From assembly GCA_963719085.1 (NCBI GenBank), contig CAVRAL010000004.1, positions 160,001 through 224,000 of the forward strand: DNA of 64,000 bases, written 5' to 3'. This DNA comes from a candidate division FCPU426 bacterium. GTDB lineage: Bacteria > Oederibacteriota > Muellerivitia > Muellerivitales > Muellerivitaceae. The translations under genes and the position numbers were made by a program. The first letter of the stretch is position 1; every line of letters starts with the position of its first letter. Below are positions 1 through 10,528 of the stretch, piece after piece. The notes beneath the pieces were generated by a model. The model saw nothing but the letters and a program-made list of their open reading frames with translations, did not search any database and was not told the origin of the DNA.

Positions 1-746
1 GCCGGCCCGCCCAACCCGTTGGTCATGATGAAAACTTGGTTGAAGATTTGGAACGAGGTCACGATGCCGATGATGAGCTGAAAAAAGATGACCGGGGAAA
101 GCCCCGGTAAGGTCACGGTCCAAAACTGCTGCCACTTGTTGGCCCCGTCGATGTCGGCGGCCTCATAAAGCGTGGTCGGGATGCCCTGCAAGCCCGCCAA
201 GTAAATGATCATGCCCGCGCCCACGCCCCAAAAGCTTTGGATGATCAGGGCCGGCTTGCTCCAGATTTCGCTGGCCAGCCATCCCGGACAATCCTTGATG
301 GGGATTCCGGTGAAAACCGAGATGAAATAGTTCATCAAGCCGTGGTCGGCGTCAAAGATCCATTTCCACAGCATGGCCACCGCCACGCTGGCGCCCATGA
401 CCGAAGGCAGGTAAAACACCGTGCGGAAAAAGCCGATGCCCTTCACTTTTTGGTTCATCAAAAGCGCCACGATGATCGACAAAGCCATCCCGATGGGAAC
501 GGAAAGGACGGTGAAATAAAAGGTGTTGCCCAAGGCCTTCCAAAAAAGGTTGTCATGGATCATTTGGATGTAGTTGTTCAGCCCGATGAACTTCGGCGGG
601 ACAAAAAGCCCGTCCCATTGGAAAAGCGAAAGTCCGAAAGCCGCGATAATGGGCCCCGCCATTAAAAAAATCAGCCAAACCAAAAAAGGAGAGATGAAAA
701 CAAAAGCGCTGATGGCTTCTTTTCTTTCAGCCGACGTAAAGGGCAT
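1..746 (-). CDS. Carbohydrate ABC transporter permease (3' end outside the window)
   Basis: Hand translation from ATG at 746 (RBS AAGGAG upstream) gives MPFTSAERKEAISAFVFISPFL...FFRTVFYLPSV...LYEAADIDGANKWQQFWTVTLP, which contains the EAA loop of MalF/UgpA-type permeases. Confidence 0.93.
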   Translation of the reverse strand, partial: MPFTSAERKEAISAFVFISPFLVWLIFLMAGPIIAAFGLSLFQWDGLFVPPKFIGLNNYIQMIHDNLFWKALGNTFYFTVLSVPIGMALSIIVALLMNQKVKGIGFFRTVFYLPSVMGASVAVAMLWKWIFDADHGLMNYFISVFTGIPIKDCPGWLASEIWSKPALIIQSFWGVGAGMIIYLAGLQGIPTTLYEAADIDGANKWQQFWTVTLPGLSPVIFFQLIIGIVTSFQIFNQVFIMTNGLGGP

Positions 747-763
747 ACGGGTCTCCTTAAAAG

Positions 764-2059
764 TTAGTTGGTTTGGGGTGGATTTTTATCAAGTTCGGAC
801 CTGAGGCTGTCCATGGCTTCCTTGGCCGTCTCGGTGCCGTTCCAAACCCGGTCCAGCTCCGGACCCATAATGCTGTCATGCACCTCAAACCAGTTTTTGC
901 ACATGGGGTTGTACTTCACATATTGCATGGCGTCCAAAATCATTTTTTTGTTTTGGGGATCCTGCCCGTTCAAGAAGGTCGGCGAATTGGCCACGCTCAT
1001 GATGGCGGGCTGGGCCAATCCGGTGGCGGCCAAAGCCTGGGCGCCTTCGGCTCCGGAGATGTATTTCACCAGCTCCCAAGCCTCTTGCTTGTGTTTACAG
1101 CTCTTCAAGATGCCGTAGCCCGAGCCGCCGGTGGAAAAGCCGCGGTAGCCCTCGGGGTTTTTCGGGAACATGACCACGTCCCATTTGAAGTCCTTGATTT
1201 CGCTGAACTGGGGCACTTTCCAGAGTCCGGAGAAATACATGGCCGCGGAGCCGTTCTCGAACATATCGGCCGTACCCACGCCACCCATGGCCGCCAAACC
1301 GGCGGGCTGAGGCATGACTTTATATTTGTTCATCAGGTCGGAGCGGAATTGGATGCCCCGAAGCGAGTTGGAATCGGTGGCGAAGGTCCACTTGGTGGGC
1401 TTCTTCACGTCGTCGGCGAAACTGCCGCCCGCGTCATAAACCCAGGCGTCCCAGATGGGCCACTCGTCGATGAATCCCCAGCGGGTGACTTTGCCGGAAG
1501 CATCGGTTTTCATGACCCGCTTGGCGTCCAAAACAAAATCATTCCAGTCCCAGTTATCGGTGGGATAAGCCACATGGGCCTCGTCAAAGGCCTTCTTGTT
1601 GTAATAAATCACCGCGATGGGCGCGGTGTCGCGGGGGATGACATAGGTGTTTCCGTCGGCCGTGAAGCGGTCAACAACCGCGGGATAGTAGTCGGCCAGG
1701 CTGAAATTATCCTTCTGCATAAAAGGCGTCAAAGGCTCCAAGGCGCCGCGCAGGTAAAGGTCGGTGAAATTATTGACTTCCACGAAAATGACGTCCGGCG
1801 CGATACCGCCCACCACTTCGGTCAACAATTTCGGGACATACTGGCTGAAAGGAATGCGTTCCAATTGGACATGGATGCCGGGATGGGTTTTCTCAAACTC
1901 GGCGATCAGATTAACGAGGATGACGTTTTCTTGAAGGTCGCCCCAAGAGGATATCTTGATGGTGGTTCCGTCTTCTTTGGACCCGCATCCATTCAAACCA
2001 AGAAACGATATAACGCTAAAACACGCGAGGACCAACATCGACAGACGAAAGTTTCTCAC
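764..2059 (-). CDS. Sugar ABC transporter substrate-binding lipoprotein
   Basis: Lipobox LGLNG-C; family 1 solute-binding motifs (APDVIF, IYYNKKAF, MFENGSAAM); directly upstream of the permease. Confidence 0.92.
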   Translation of the reverse strand: MRNFRLSMLVLACFSVISFLGLNGCGSKEDGTTIKISSWGDLQENVILVNLIAEFEKTHPGIHVQLERIPFSQYVPKLLTEVVGGIAPDVIFVEVNNFTDLYLRGALEPLTPFMQKDNFSLADYYPAVVDRFTADGNTYVIPRDTAPIAVIYYNKKAFDEAHVAYPTDNWDWNDFVLDAKRVMKTDASGKVTRWGFIDEWPIWDAWVYDAGGSFADDVKKPTKWTFATDSNSLRGIQFRSDLMNKYKVMPQPAGLAAMGGVGTADMFENGSAAMYFSGLWKVPQFSEIKDFKWDVVMFPKNPEGYRGFSTGGSGYGILKSCKHKQEAWELVKYISGAEGAQALAATGLAQPAIMSVANSPTFLNGQDPQNKKMILDAMQYVKYNPMCKNWFEVHDSIMGPELDRVWNGTETAKEAMDSLRSELDKNPPQTN

Positions 2060-2267
2060 AAAACCTCCTGAAGCCGTCCAATTTGGGAATCTTTTTTAGA
2101 AAACCGCGGAGAAATACTGGAAAACCGAATAAGTATGTCACAGGGCCCAGGGAGCGTCAACGTGAAAAAAACCAAAAGCCCTCCCGGCTCAAATTTTCAA
2201 CCCGAACGCTGGCCCCAAGGTTAAAATCCCCCTCCTAAACAACTTTAAGTCCTTCGGAGGAATCAAA

Positions 2268-4499
2268 ATGGCGGCCCAATCCAGGGTGTTCTTTTTGCTT
2301 TTATTTCTAAGCCTCTCGCGGACCACCGCTTGGGCGGCTCCCCTTTCCGACGCGGCGCTGGACAATAAAGTGAACGCCCTCTTGGGCAAAATGACCCTGG
2401 CGGAAAAAATCGGCCAGATGGTTCAATATAACAACTGGGCCACCGCCTCGGTGGAGGCCCAGACGGACATCGCCCAGGGCAAGGTCGGCTCCTTCCTCAA
2501 TACGGTGGGCGCCAAACAAATCAATGAGCTTCAAAAAATCGCCGTGGAACAATCCCGCCTCCATATCCCCATGCTTTTTGGATTGGACGTGATCCACGGC
2601 TACAAAACCATCTTCCCCATTCCCTTGGCCGAGGATTGCGCTTGGAATCCGGACCTGCTGGAACAATGCGAGGGCGTGGCCGCCCATGAATCCGCCGCCG
2701 CCGGCATCCGCTGGACCTTCGCGCCCATGGTGGATGTGACCCGGGAGCCGCGCTGGGGCCGCATCGCCGAAGGCTCGGGCGAGGATCCTTTTTTGGGCTC
2801 GATCTTGGCCGCCGCCCGGGTGAAAGGCTTCCAAGGCGCCTCGCTTTCGGATCCGGGCTCGATCGCCGCCTGCGCCAAACATTACGTGGGTTACGGCGCG
2901 GTTGAGGCGGGGCGGGAATATAACACCACCGACATGTCCGAAGTGACCTTGCGGGACATCCACCTGCCGCCCTTTAAAGCCGCCGCCGACGCCGGTGCGC
3001 GCACCTTTATGAGCGCCTTCAACGACCTTAACGGCGTTCCCGCTTCCGGAAATGTTTACACCCTGCGGGGCATCCTCAAAGGCGAGTGGGGGTTTAAAGG
3101 TTTCGTGGTTTCGGATTGGGATTCGGTGGCCGAATTGGTCACCCACGGCTACGCGGCGGATGACAAAGACGCGGCCCGGAAAGGCCTCTTGGCCGGCGTG
3201 GATATGGACATGCACAGCAAGGTGTACAGCCAATATTTGGCCCAACTGGTGCAGGAGAAAAAAATTCCGGTCGCCCTCATTAACGACGCCGCCCGGCGTA
3301 TTTTAAAGGTCAAGTTTGAGCTGGGTCTTTTCGAACACCCCTACGCGGATGAAAGCGCGGAAGACGCCGCCATGATGACCGACGCGAACCGGGCCCTGGC
3401 CCTTCAGGAAGCCCAACAGTCCATTGTGCTTCTTAAAAACGATAAAAATCTTTTGCCGCTGGGCAAAGACTTAAAAACCATCGCCGTCATCGGTACCCTG
3501 GCCGATTCCAAGATCGACCCCTTGGGTCCCTGGCATTGCCAAGGTGAAAAAGTTCAAGACCAAGTCATCACCGTATTAAAAGGAATCCAGGACAAACTAG
3601 GCGCTTCCACTCGTGTGCTTTACGCCCCCGGCGTGGACGTGACCCAAGCGGACGCGCCCCAATCGTTGATTGACCAGGCGGTCAACACGGCTAAACAAGC
3701 CCAAGTGGCGATTGTGGTGGCAGGCGAAAGGCAATCCATGAGCGGCGAGGCCGAAAGCCGCACCTCGCTGGATTTGCCGGGCCGGCAGGAAGAAATGATT
3801 GAGCAAATCGAAAAGACCGGCGTCCCTGTGGTGCTCGTCTTGATGAACGGCCGTCCCTTGACGATTCCCTGGGAAGCCGATCACTTGCCCGCGATCGTGG
3901 AAAGCTGGTTTTTAGGCGTGGAACAAGGCGCGGCCGTGGCCGATGTGCTCTTCGGCGACGCGGTGCCTTGCGGCAAATTGGCCGTCACCTTCCCCCGTAA
4001 TTTGGGCCAGGTCCCGATTTATTACGCCCACCGCAACACGGGCCGTCCTTATAAAGGAGATCCCAACAACAAGTGGTGCTCCAAATACATCGACTCGCCC
4101 AACACACCCCAGTTTCCTTTCGGGTATGGCTTAAGCTACACGACTTTTGACTATTCCAATTTGGTTTTAAGCTCAGGAACTTTGGGATTGAAGGGGACGC
4201 TCAAAATAACCGCCGATGTCAAAAACAGCGGCGCCCAAGCCGGCGTTGAGATTGTCCAGCTTTATATCCAGGACAAAACAGCCAGCATCACCCAGCCGGT
4301 CAAACGATTGGTGGACTTTAAACGGGTGGAACTAAAACCAGGTGAGACACAAACGATCGAGTTTGACCTGCCGGCCTCAAAACTGGGATTCTCGAATGAA
4401 AAAGGAAAAACCGTGGTGGAACCGGGCTCGTTCGGCCTGTGGGTGGCCCGGGATTCGGCGGATGAGACCCTGGCCGGGAGCTTTACGTTAGTCCCCTAG
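2268..4499 (+). CDS. bglX: Secreted GH3 beta-glucosidase (BglX-like)
   Basis: Signal peptide; MTLAEKIGQM, DVIHG, PRWGR, KHYVGY and VVSDW (nucleophile Asp) motifs; C-terminal Fn3-like domain. Confidence 0.95.
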   Translation: MAAQSRVFFLLLFLSLSRTTAWAAPLSDAALDNKVNALLGKMTLAEKIGQMVQYNNWATASVEAQTDIAQGKVGSFLNTVGAKQINELQKIAVEQSRLHIPMLFGLDVIHGYKTIFPIPLAEDCAWNPDLLEQCEGVAAHESAAAGIRWTFAPMVDVTREPRWGRIAEGSGEDPFLGSILAAARVKGFQGASLSDPGSIAACAKHYVGYGAVEAGREYNTTDMSEVTLRDIHLPPFKAAADAGARTFMSAFNDLNGVPASGNVYTLRGILKGEWGFKGFVVSDWDSVAELVTHGYAADDKDAARKGLLAGVDMDMHSKVYSQYLAQLVQEKKIPVALINDAARRILKVKFELGLFEHPYADESAEDAAMMTDANRALALQEAQQSIVLLKNDKNLLPLGKDLKTIAVIGTLADSKIDPLGPWHCQGEKVQDQVITVLKGIQDKLGASTRVLYAPGVDVTQADAPQSLIDQAVNTAKQAQVAIVVAGERQSMSGEAESRTSLDLPGRQEEMIEQIEKTGVPVVLVLMNGRPLTIPWEADHLPAIVESWFLGVEQGAAVADVLFGDAVPCGKLAVTFPRNLGQVPIYYAHRNTGRPYKGDPNNKWCSKYIDSPNTPQFPFGYGLSYTTFDYSNLVLSSGTLGLKGTLKITADVKNSGAQAGVEIVQLYIQDKTASITQPVKRLVDFKRVELKPGETQTIEFDLPASKLGFSNEKGKTVVEPGSFGLWVARDSADETLAGSFTLVP

Positions 4500-4532
4500 G
4501 AGGCCGATGCTTGGCAACCGATTGGGTTAAAA

Positions 4533-4590
4533 TCCCCTCTCCCCCGCTTGTCCCCTTGCGGGATCGAGGGAGAGCGCCAGGGCGAGGGGT
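4533..4590. repeat. REP-like palindrome (CCCCTCTCCC...GGGAGAG...AGGGCGAGGGG type) with an internal CCCGC-loop-GCGGGA hairpin
   Basis: Imperfect inverted repeat between convergent genes. Confidence 0.5.
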
Positions 4591-4602
4591 AAAAATTAAG
4601 AG

Positions 4603-7362
4603 TTACTGAAAAACTTCCGCCGGAACGACGGCAAAATTATTGTCACCCGGCAGGGACCAAAGCAAGGAAATGGACGAATAACCATCCGAGCGGTAATAAA
4701 TTTTAATCGAGTGGCGGCCCGGCAATAAATCCACGATTCCCGATCCATAACGTTCCAAGGGGATCACATCCTGGCCATCCACCACCAGCCGGCCCTGGTC
4801 GCTGGGGTCCATCGCCAGCATAAAATGGTAAAATCCGCTTTTCGTGATCCGAAGCGATCCTTCCCAGGAAGCCGATCCGCCCCGGACGGAAAAATCATTT
4901 CCATTGGTGTAGTTCAACAAGGGTTCCTGTTGTCCCAAAATGGGTTTGCCGCTCCAATCATCGCTGTCAAAATATTTGGCCAATAAGCCTAAGGGCACTT
5001 GCACGGGCGTGGCGTTATCCGCGTCCAATGGAACATGGATGCCGTTATCCCCGACCAATTCCAGCCTGAGCGGCGCCGCTCCCGCCGTCCGGTTCCAGCT
5101 CACCTGGATCGGGACATAACCCGCCGTCAAAGCCGCCGCGCCCAGCACCGGGACGCCGTTGGCCTTCCAAGAAACCGTTCCATCCGAATGATTGACCAAC
5201 CGGTACTTTCCCTGCACCCCGACAAAGAGGCTTCCGGTGAAAGAGGCGCGCACGGGTCCATTGGGAATCCCTTGGGGGAATTGATTCAACAGCGTCACCG
5301 CTCCCCCGTTGAACTGGGCCTTAAGTCCCTTGCACCGCGCCCACTCGGAAGCGGGCACCTCGAAGAAATAAAGGAAGGGTCGGCCGGTCGGGTCGAGCTG
5401 TTCCGTGACCTTGCCTTGCGGGTAAAGATTTTGGAGCGCTTCTAAAATTCCGGCCCGGCCCGCGTCAAAGCCGTAAAAAAGCCCGTGGTCGCCGGGAACG
5501 CTCAGCGGCATCAAGGAGTCCGGAAGTTTAAACGGCTTCAATTCCGGGAGGCATTGGTAGGCGTAAAAATTAACCGAGTAATGATTGTAATAACGCGGGG
5601 AGATGAAGGACGCGTAGCCCGGCCCCTTTTCGCCGATGGCTTTGCCGAGCGAGGATTCGGTAATGGAATACTCGGACCAACAAGCGTAATTGGTCCCCTG
5701 CATATTGAAGTAAACGTTGAAATTTTCCACCGTCATAAAGATCAGGGCCAGTCCCAAAAGCGCCAAGAAAACCCTTTCGCCTATTTTCCCCGCCCAGGCC
5801 TGGGCCTGGCCCCAAAGCGCCGACAGGGGCGCCGCGATCAAAAACGCGATGAAAGGCGTCATGCCCAGCATGCGGTTGGCGTGGGCCGCGTCGATGGAAA
5901 AAATACAAGGAATACTCATGACGAAAAAACCCACCACGGCGTAAAAATACCCGCGCTCTCGCGCGCGCGCCAAGGCGTAAACCAAGCCTAAGATGAGCAG
6001 CACGCCCGAAACGTCATCCAACATGCGGTAGTCCTGCAGGTTGTGGCGGGGATTGGGGTCGCCCTGGCGGTTGAACATCAAGGCCGTTTTATCCAGCACG
6101 TTGAAGAAAGGCTGCAAGCTATGCGCGGCCTTCAATTGGGGCACGATGGAAAGTTCGGACTCCCGGGTGCCCATATTGTGGGTGGCCACCATGTCGTACC
6201 AAACCGGGCCCGTCAGGGCCAAGGCTAACCCTAGGAAAAGCAGGATGTTCTTGGCGTTTTTCAACAGCGCCTTGCGGTTGGTGGCGATCTCATAAATCGC
6301 GTACGGAATTAGAAGAACCGGGAAAACCTTGAAGGCCTGATAGGTATAGAAGCCCGCCGTGAAAAAAAGCGAGGACACCACAAAAGACCAACGTTTGTTT
6401 TGCTTCAAGCCGTAGATCAGAAAGGCCAGCGTCCCAAACATGTAAAAAGGCACCTGGACCGTGGGAAAGGCGTTGCGGCTGAAATTAATGTTCCAGCGCA
6501 TGACCGCCAAAACGAAAAGCGAAAGCAGGGCCATCCGGGGCCCGGCCAACTGCCGGAAGGTCCAATAGATCAGGGGGAAGGTGGCCATGACCATCAGCAC
6601 GAAAAAAAGCTTCAGGGTGAAATCGGAAGCGCCCACCACGGCAAAAAAAGCCGCGATCTGGTAAAGCACCAGGGCGTAATTATGGTAGATATCCTCAACA
6701 TAAAAGGGATGCCAGCCCTCATGCAAAATCCGAAGCGCGGAATAACCCTCGTAGCCTTGGTCGATAAAAAGCCCCGCGGGGAAATGGTTCAATTGGTAAA
6801 CCCGCATAAACAGGGCGACCGCCATGACAACCCAGAAAATTATTTTTTCTTTGGTCAATACCCAGCCGGACTCGGCGGGTCCCGGCTTAAACCAAGGCCC
6901 TAAAGCGCCGAGCCAAAGCAAAACCGCCCCCAGATAATAAAAAGCGCCGATAACCAGCGTGACCGGCCTCGCGGCCTGGATCCAATAGATCTGTCCCATC
7001 ACGGCCAGCATCAAAGCCGCCAAAAGGGCCAAGAGCCGGTAAAAATCCATGGCGCTAAAGAGCGGTTTGGAAACGTCCCACTTGAAGGCGGATTTGGATC
7101 CTTTGGTTTCGGAGGTTTTCGATCTTACGGCCCCGGCCTTTGTTGGCTTGAAATTAATCCGGGGGTTAAACAAATCAAAGAACCCCGCCAGCCAGATGAG
7201 GGCGACGAAAAGGGAAATCACCATGCCCAACACCGCGCTTCCCTTCAAACAAAGAACTTGCGCCGCCAGAAACAGGACCGCTAGCAAAGCAGTCCCCAGG
7301 GGGCTGGTAATGGGATTGGCGCTCTTTGAACTATTTTTGTTCCGCGGTTTGGAAGAAGCCAT
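4603..7362 (-). CDS. GT-C fold membrane glycosyltransferase (PMT/ArnT/GT39-like) fused to C-terminal PA14-like domains
   Basis: About 13-15 hydrophobic segments; ALFMRVYQLNHFPAGLFIDQG loop typical of PMT_2/GT39 enzymes; PA14-like GLLAKYFDSDDWSG...FSVR...WEGSLRITKSGFYHF...HSIKIYY. Confidence 0.82.
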   Translation of the reverse strand: MASSKPRNKNSSKSANPITSPLGTALLAVLFLAAQVLCLKGSAVLGMVISLFVALIWLAGFFDLFNPRINFKPTKAGAVRSKTSETKGSKSAFKWDVSKPLFSAMDFYRLLALLAALMLAVMGQIYWIQAARPVTLVIGAFYYLGAVLLWLGALGPWFKPGPAESGWVLTKEKIIFWVVMAVALFMRVYQLNHFPAGLFIDQGYEGYSALRILHEGWHPFYVEDIYHNYALVLYQIAAFFAVVGASDFTLKLFFVLMVMATFPLIYWTFRQLAGPRMALLSLFVLAVMRWNINFSRNAFPTVQVPFYMFGTLAFLIYGLKQNKRWSFVVSSLFFTAGFYTYQAFKVFPVLLIPYAIYEIATNRKALLKNAKNILLFLGLALALTGPVWYDMVATHNMGTRESELSIVPQLKAAHSLQPFFNVLDKTALMFNRQGDPNPRHNLQDYRMLDDVSGVLLILGLVYALARARERGYFYAVVGFFVMSIPCIFSIDAAHANRMLGMTPFIAFLIAAPLSALWGQAQAWAGKIGERVFLALLGLALIFMTVENFNVYFNMQGTNYACWSEYSITESSLGKAIGEKGPGYASFISPRYYNHYSVNFYAYQCLPELKPFKLPDSLMPLSVPGDHGLFYGFDAGRAGILEALQNLYPQGKVTEQLDPTGRPFLYFFEVPASEWARCKGLKAQFNGGAVTLLNQFPQGIPNGPVRASFTGSLFVGVQGKYRLVNHSDGTVSWKANGVPVLGAAALTAGYVPIQVSWNRTAGAAPLRLELVGDNGIHVPLDADNATPVQVPLGLLAKYFDSDDWSGKPILGQQEPLLNYTNGNDFSVRGGSASWEGSLRITKSGFYHFMLAMDPSDQGRLVVDGQDVIPLERYGSGIVDLLPGRHSIKIYYRSDGYSSISLLWSLPGDNNFAVVPAEVFQ

Positions 7363-7403
7363 TTCATCTCCTTAAGAAGGGGTTTAAAACACTCAACCTC
7401 GGA

Positions 7404-8126
7404 TTAACGCGCGGACTCAAACCCTTTGAGCCGCAAAGCCAAGGCCCTTCCCAGGTATTTTAAAAGCGTGGAAAGGCCCAGTTTGGATTCGCCTTGGGTG
7501 CGGTCGATGAACTCGATGGGGGATTCCTGAATCCGGAGCTTCGCTTGGGTGCATCGGAATAAAATCTCAGAAACCGTGAAGGGGCCCCGGGCGTTGAGGG
7601 TTTTCACTTTAATCCGGCGCAGCGCTTCCTTGGAAAAGGCGCGGAACCCCGAAGTGGGGTCTTTGGGCTTCAGCCCTAAAACCAGCTTGAGATAGTAGCG
7701 CGCGAAATTACTGGTCATCTGCCGGTGGAAGGGGCGGTCCATGTCTTTTCCGCCGGGCATATAGCGGCTTCCAATGACCACATCGGCTTTCCCGGATAAA
7801 ATCGGGGCGACTAAGTTTTTAATGAATTTCGGCTGATGGGAAAGATCGGCGTCCATCTCCACCACCACGTCCGCGCCCATGGACAAGGCCTTTACGAACC
7901 CATCCCGGCCCGCCCAACCCCGGCCCTTGATCTCGCGGCCGCGAAGAAGCAGATGAAGTTTTTTGTCTTTTTTGGCCAGCTTGCGCACTTCCACAAAAGT
8001 CTCATCGGGCGAGGAATCGTCCACCACCAGCACCTGGACTTGGGGGGCGTCCTTGCGGAAAAGCTTCATCAAGGGGGCGATATTTTTTCTTTCGTTATAG
8101 GTGGGCACCATGGCGATGACTTTCAT
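7404..8126 (-). CDS. Polyprenol monophosphomannose synthase-like GT2 (DPM1/Ppm1 family)
   Basis: PTYNE, VVDDSSPD, EMDADLSH, VIGSRY, DPTSGFRA and F.DRTQGESK motifs. Confidence 0.9.
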   Translation of the reverse strand: MKVIAMVPTYNERKNIAPLMKLFRKDAPQVQVLVVDDSSPDETFVEVRKLAKKDKKLHLLLRGREIKGRGWAGRDGFVKALSMGADVVVEMDADLSHQPKFIKNLVAPILSGKADVVIGSRYMPGGKDMDRPFHRQMTSNFARYYLKLVLGLKPKDPTSGFRAFSKEALRRIKVKTLNARGPFTVSEILFRCTQAKLRIQESPIEFIDRTQGESKLGLSTLLKYLGRALALRLKGFESAR

Positions 8127-9247
8127 GCCAGTTTCAATTGTCTCTCAACGGCGGCCAGCATGTCTTTTTCTTCCAGGTTGTCCATACAGGAAATTTTTTG
8201 GGTGCACTGGTTTTGGTAATAGCATTGGCAGGGCTTGCGGGGCAGCACTTTTTCGCCCCGGCCATAGAGGTCGATTTCCACGTCGGACGTGGGGCCGAAA
8301 TAGGCCACCGTTCTTTTTTCCAGAGCGATGGCCACGTGCAGGGCCAGGGTATCCCCGGTCACCATCACGTCCGCCAAACCCACCAGCGAGGCGAATTGGC
8401 GCAGGGTGTTTTCCGTCCCCGTGGGCAGGACCAAACCCTTGAGTTCTTTCGAGAGCGCGGGCATCAGTTCCCGCTCTTCCGGCCCGCCGTAAAGCAGAAT
8501 GCCCACCTTGGGATATTTCTTTTTCAGGGCTTTGGCCAGCCAAGCGAAACCGTCCAGGCGCCATCGCTTCATGGGCCAGCGGCCGCCGGAGCCGATGTTG
8601 AAACCCACGATTTTTTTGAATTTGGACAACTTATTCTTTTGGGCGAATTCCTTGGCCCAAGCCAACTCTTTATTGGTCAAAGCCAATTGCGGCTCTTCGC
8701 CCTGGTAGGTGAGCCCGGCGAGTTTGAAAAGATGGGATTGATAGGTCTTTTGGTTGGCCCGCTTCACCGTATCGAACAAGCCCATCTCGAACCATTCCTC
8801 GCCCGTGGGTTCCAAAGGCACCACCGACCCTTCGGGAGACAATCCAAAACCCTTTTTCACCGAGCTGTTGGCGACGGCCAAAATGGCGGCGGCTTTGCGG
8901 CTCATGTCAAAATTATAGGCGCGCTTGAAAGTCACCGAAGCCAAGGTGACCGGCAGAATCGCGTCCACGCCCAGCAGCACGTCGATATAGGGGTTTTTTT
9001 CTAAAAGCGGTTTCGAGGAATTTTCGGTGACCCACCAAATGGAAAGCCCCGGGTTGTTTTGTTTATAAGCCGGCAAGATGGAGGTGGAGCGCAAAACGTC
9101 GCCCGCCGCGTCCAGTTTGACGATCAGAAGCCGCTCCTGGACCTGGTCGTAACGGGGACAACCGTCGCACACCACTCCTTCCTGCTTATGGGGCAGGCAG
9201 GGTTTTTCACCCGTGAAGTGGCGGCAATCTTGATGATAAATGAGCAT
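8123..9247 (-). CDS. GT9 family (ADP-heptose:LPS heptosyltransferase-like) glycosyltransferase
   Basis: LLIVKLDAAGDVLRST, KRW, VTGDTLALHVA and FGPT motifs; Cys clusters at both ends. Confidence 0.9.
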   Translation of the reverse strand: MLIYHQDCRHFTGEKPCLPHKQEGVVCDGCPRYDQVQERLLIVKLDAAGDVLRSTSILPAYKQNNPGLSIWWVTENSSKPLLEKNPYIDVLLGVDAILPVTLASVTFKRAYNFDMSRKAAAILAVANSSVKKGFGLSPEGSVVPLEPTGEEWFEMGLFDTVKRANQKTYQSHLFKLAGLTYQGEEPQLALTNKELAWAKEFAQKNKLSKFKKIVGFNIGSGGRWPMKRWRLDGFAWLAKALKKKYPKVGILLYGGPEERELMPALSKELKGLVLPTGTENTLRQFASLVGLADVMVTGDTLALHVAIALEKRTVAYFGPTSDVEIDLYGRGEKVLPRKPCQCYYQNQCTQKISCMDNLEEKDMLAAVERQLKLA

Positions 9248-9397
9248 TCAGGTCCCAAAAAGAACGGCCGCGTTGAGAGAAAACGGCCTTTTTGAAAAAT
9301 CAAACCGCGCCGGACAAGATATCACTTTCATTCCCCACCGACCAGCGGGATTTGAGAATGGGCGCGGCGCATGGGTTTTTAAGCGGTGAAACGAATC

Positions 9398-10381
9398 TTA
9401 ATGACCCGCCGACACAGGCACCGGATGATAAAAGTCCACTTCCCCGCCCTTGAGGCAGGCTAAGTCGCCGCTGGGCAAAACAGTCAAAGCCCGGACGCCG
9501 TCGATGTCTTGTCCCTTTTGGGCCGCGTTGGCCAGCGTCCCGATATATTTTCCCATCGGGTTGAAAATCTTCACGAGCCCCGTGTCCCGGAGCGCGGCGT
9601 AAATATTTCCTTGGGCGTCCAAGGCCACATCGTTCACCGGCAGGCTCTCGTCATCCTGAACGCATTTTCCCTGGGCGTCCAAAACCTTTAAGCCATGCTC
9701 GTTGGCCACATAAATGCGCCCTTGCGCGTCGACCGCGATCGCGACGGGGTTCGATAATTTTTCTTTGCCGCCCGCCCCGTCCCAAGCGCCCAAAATTTCA
9801 CCCGAAGGGGAAATCTTCACAACCCGGTGGGTGCCCGTATCGGCCACGATGTAATTGCCGTTCACCCAGCCAAGGCCGCGGGGCCCGAACATGCCCTTGT
9901 TGCCCATGTCCAAAATTCCGGTTGGTTTGCCGGTGGCCACGTTGAAATTGCGGATCATGGCGTTCCAAGTGTCTATCACGTAAAGGCTGTTGGCGCCGTC
10001 GGTGGCCATGCAGGAAATTTCCTTGAAGTCGGGTTTGCCCGCCGCCTTGGTGTCAATCATGCGCTGGTAATGGCCTTGAAGATCGAAGATCAGGATTCTT
10101 TCACGGGGTTGGTCGGTCAAAGCGATCCAATTGGGACCGGACTTGATGTCCCAAGGAGCGAAGATTCCGCAGGCTTGATCATCACCCTTAAAAGAGCCGG
10201 TCAGCTGGGCCGGATAGTCCCGGGGAATATTAATTTGGCCCTTCATGAAAAACACCGCTTCGCCGCAAAACAAGACGGCGATGAAGAGCACGATCATGAT
10301 TCCGATGGCTTTTCTTTTTTGCGCCGTGGACTTGGAAACCGGCTTGGCTTTCTTTTGGGTTTTCTTGGCGGCTTTAGGCAA
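9398..10381 (-). CDS. Membrane-anchored NHL-repeat beta-propeller protein
   Basis: Basic N-terminus and one TM helix; repeated LYVIDTWN, FGPRGL...VADTGTHRV and NPVAIAVDAQGRIYVA units. Confidence 0.85.
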   Translation of the reverse strand: MPKAAKKTQKKAKPVSKSTAQKRKAIGIMIVLFIAVLFCGEAVFFMKGQINIPRDYPAQLTGSFKGDDQACGIFAPWDIKSGPNWIALTDQPRERILIFDLQGHYQRMIDTKAAGKPDFKEISCMATDGANSLYVIDTWNAMIRNFNVATGKPTGILDMGNKGMFGPRGLGWVNGNYIVADTGTHRVVKISPSGEILGAWDGAGGKEKLSNPVAIAVDAQGRIYVANEHGLKVLDAQGKCVQDDESLPVNDVALDAQGNIYAALRDTGLVKIFNPMGKYIGTLANAAQKGQDIDGVRALTVLPSGDLACLKGGEVDFYHPVPVSAGH

Positions 10382-10528
10382 ATGTGGCTCCTCAACGGGT
10401 ATTTATAAAACGTGGGGGTTCAAGATAACATCCGCTGTTCTTTCTGCCAATGAGGAATGAGGGGTTCCGCGGGATCCAAGAAACGCCATTGGTTTAAAAA
10501 GGCTTAAAAACTAGTCTTTTTAAAAGCC

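Noticed and set aside
773..2071. Long antisense and alternate-frame ORFs (e.g. 773-2071, 8138-9004, 40541-42004, 47279-48427, 59275-60489)
   Set aside because: They are shadows of well-supported genes on the opposite strand in GC-rich DNA and carry no recognisable motifs.
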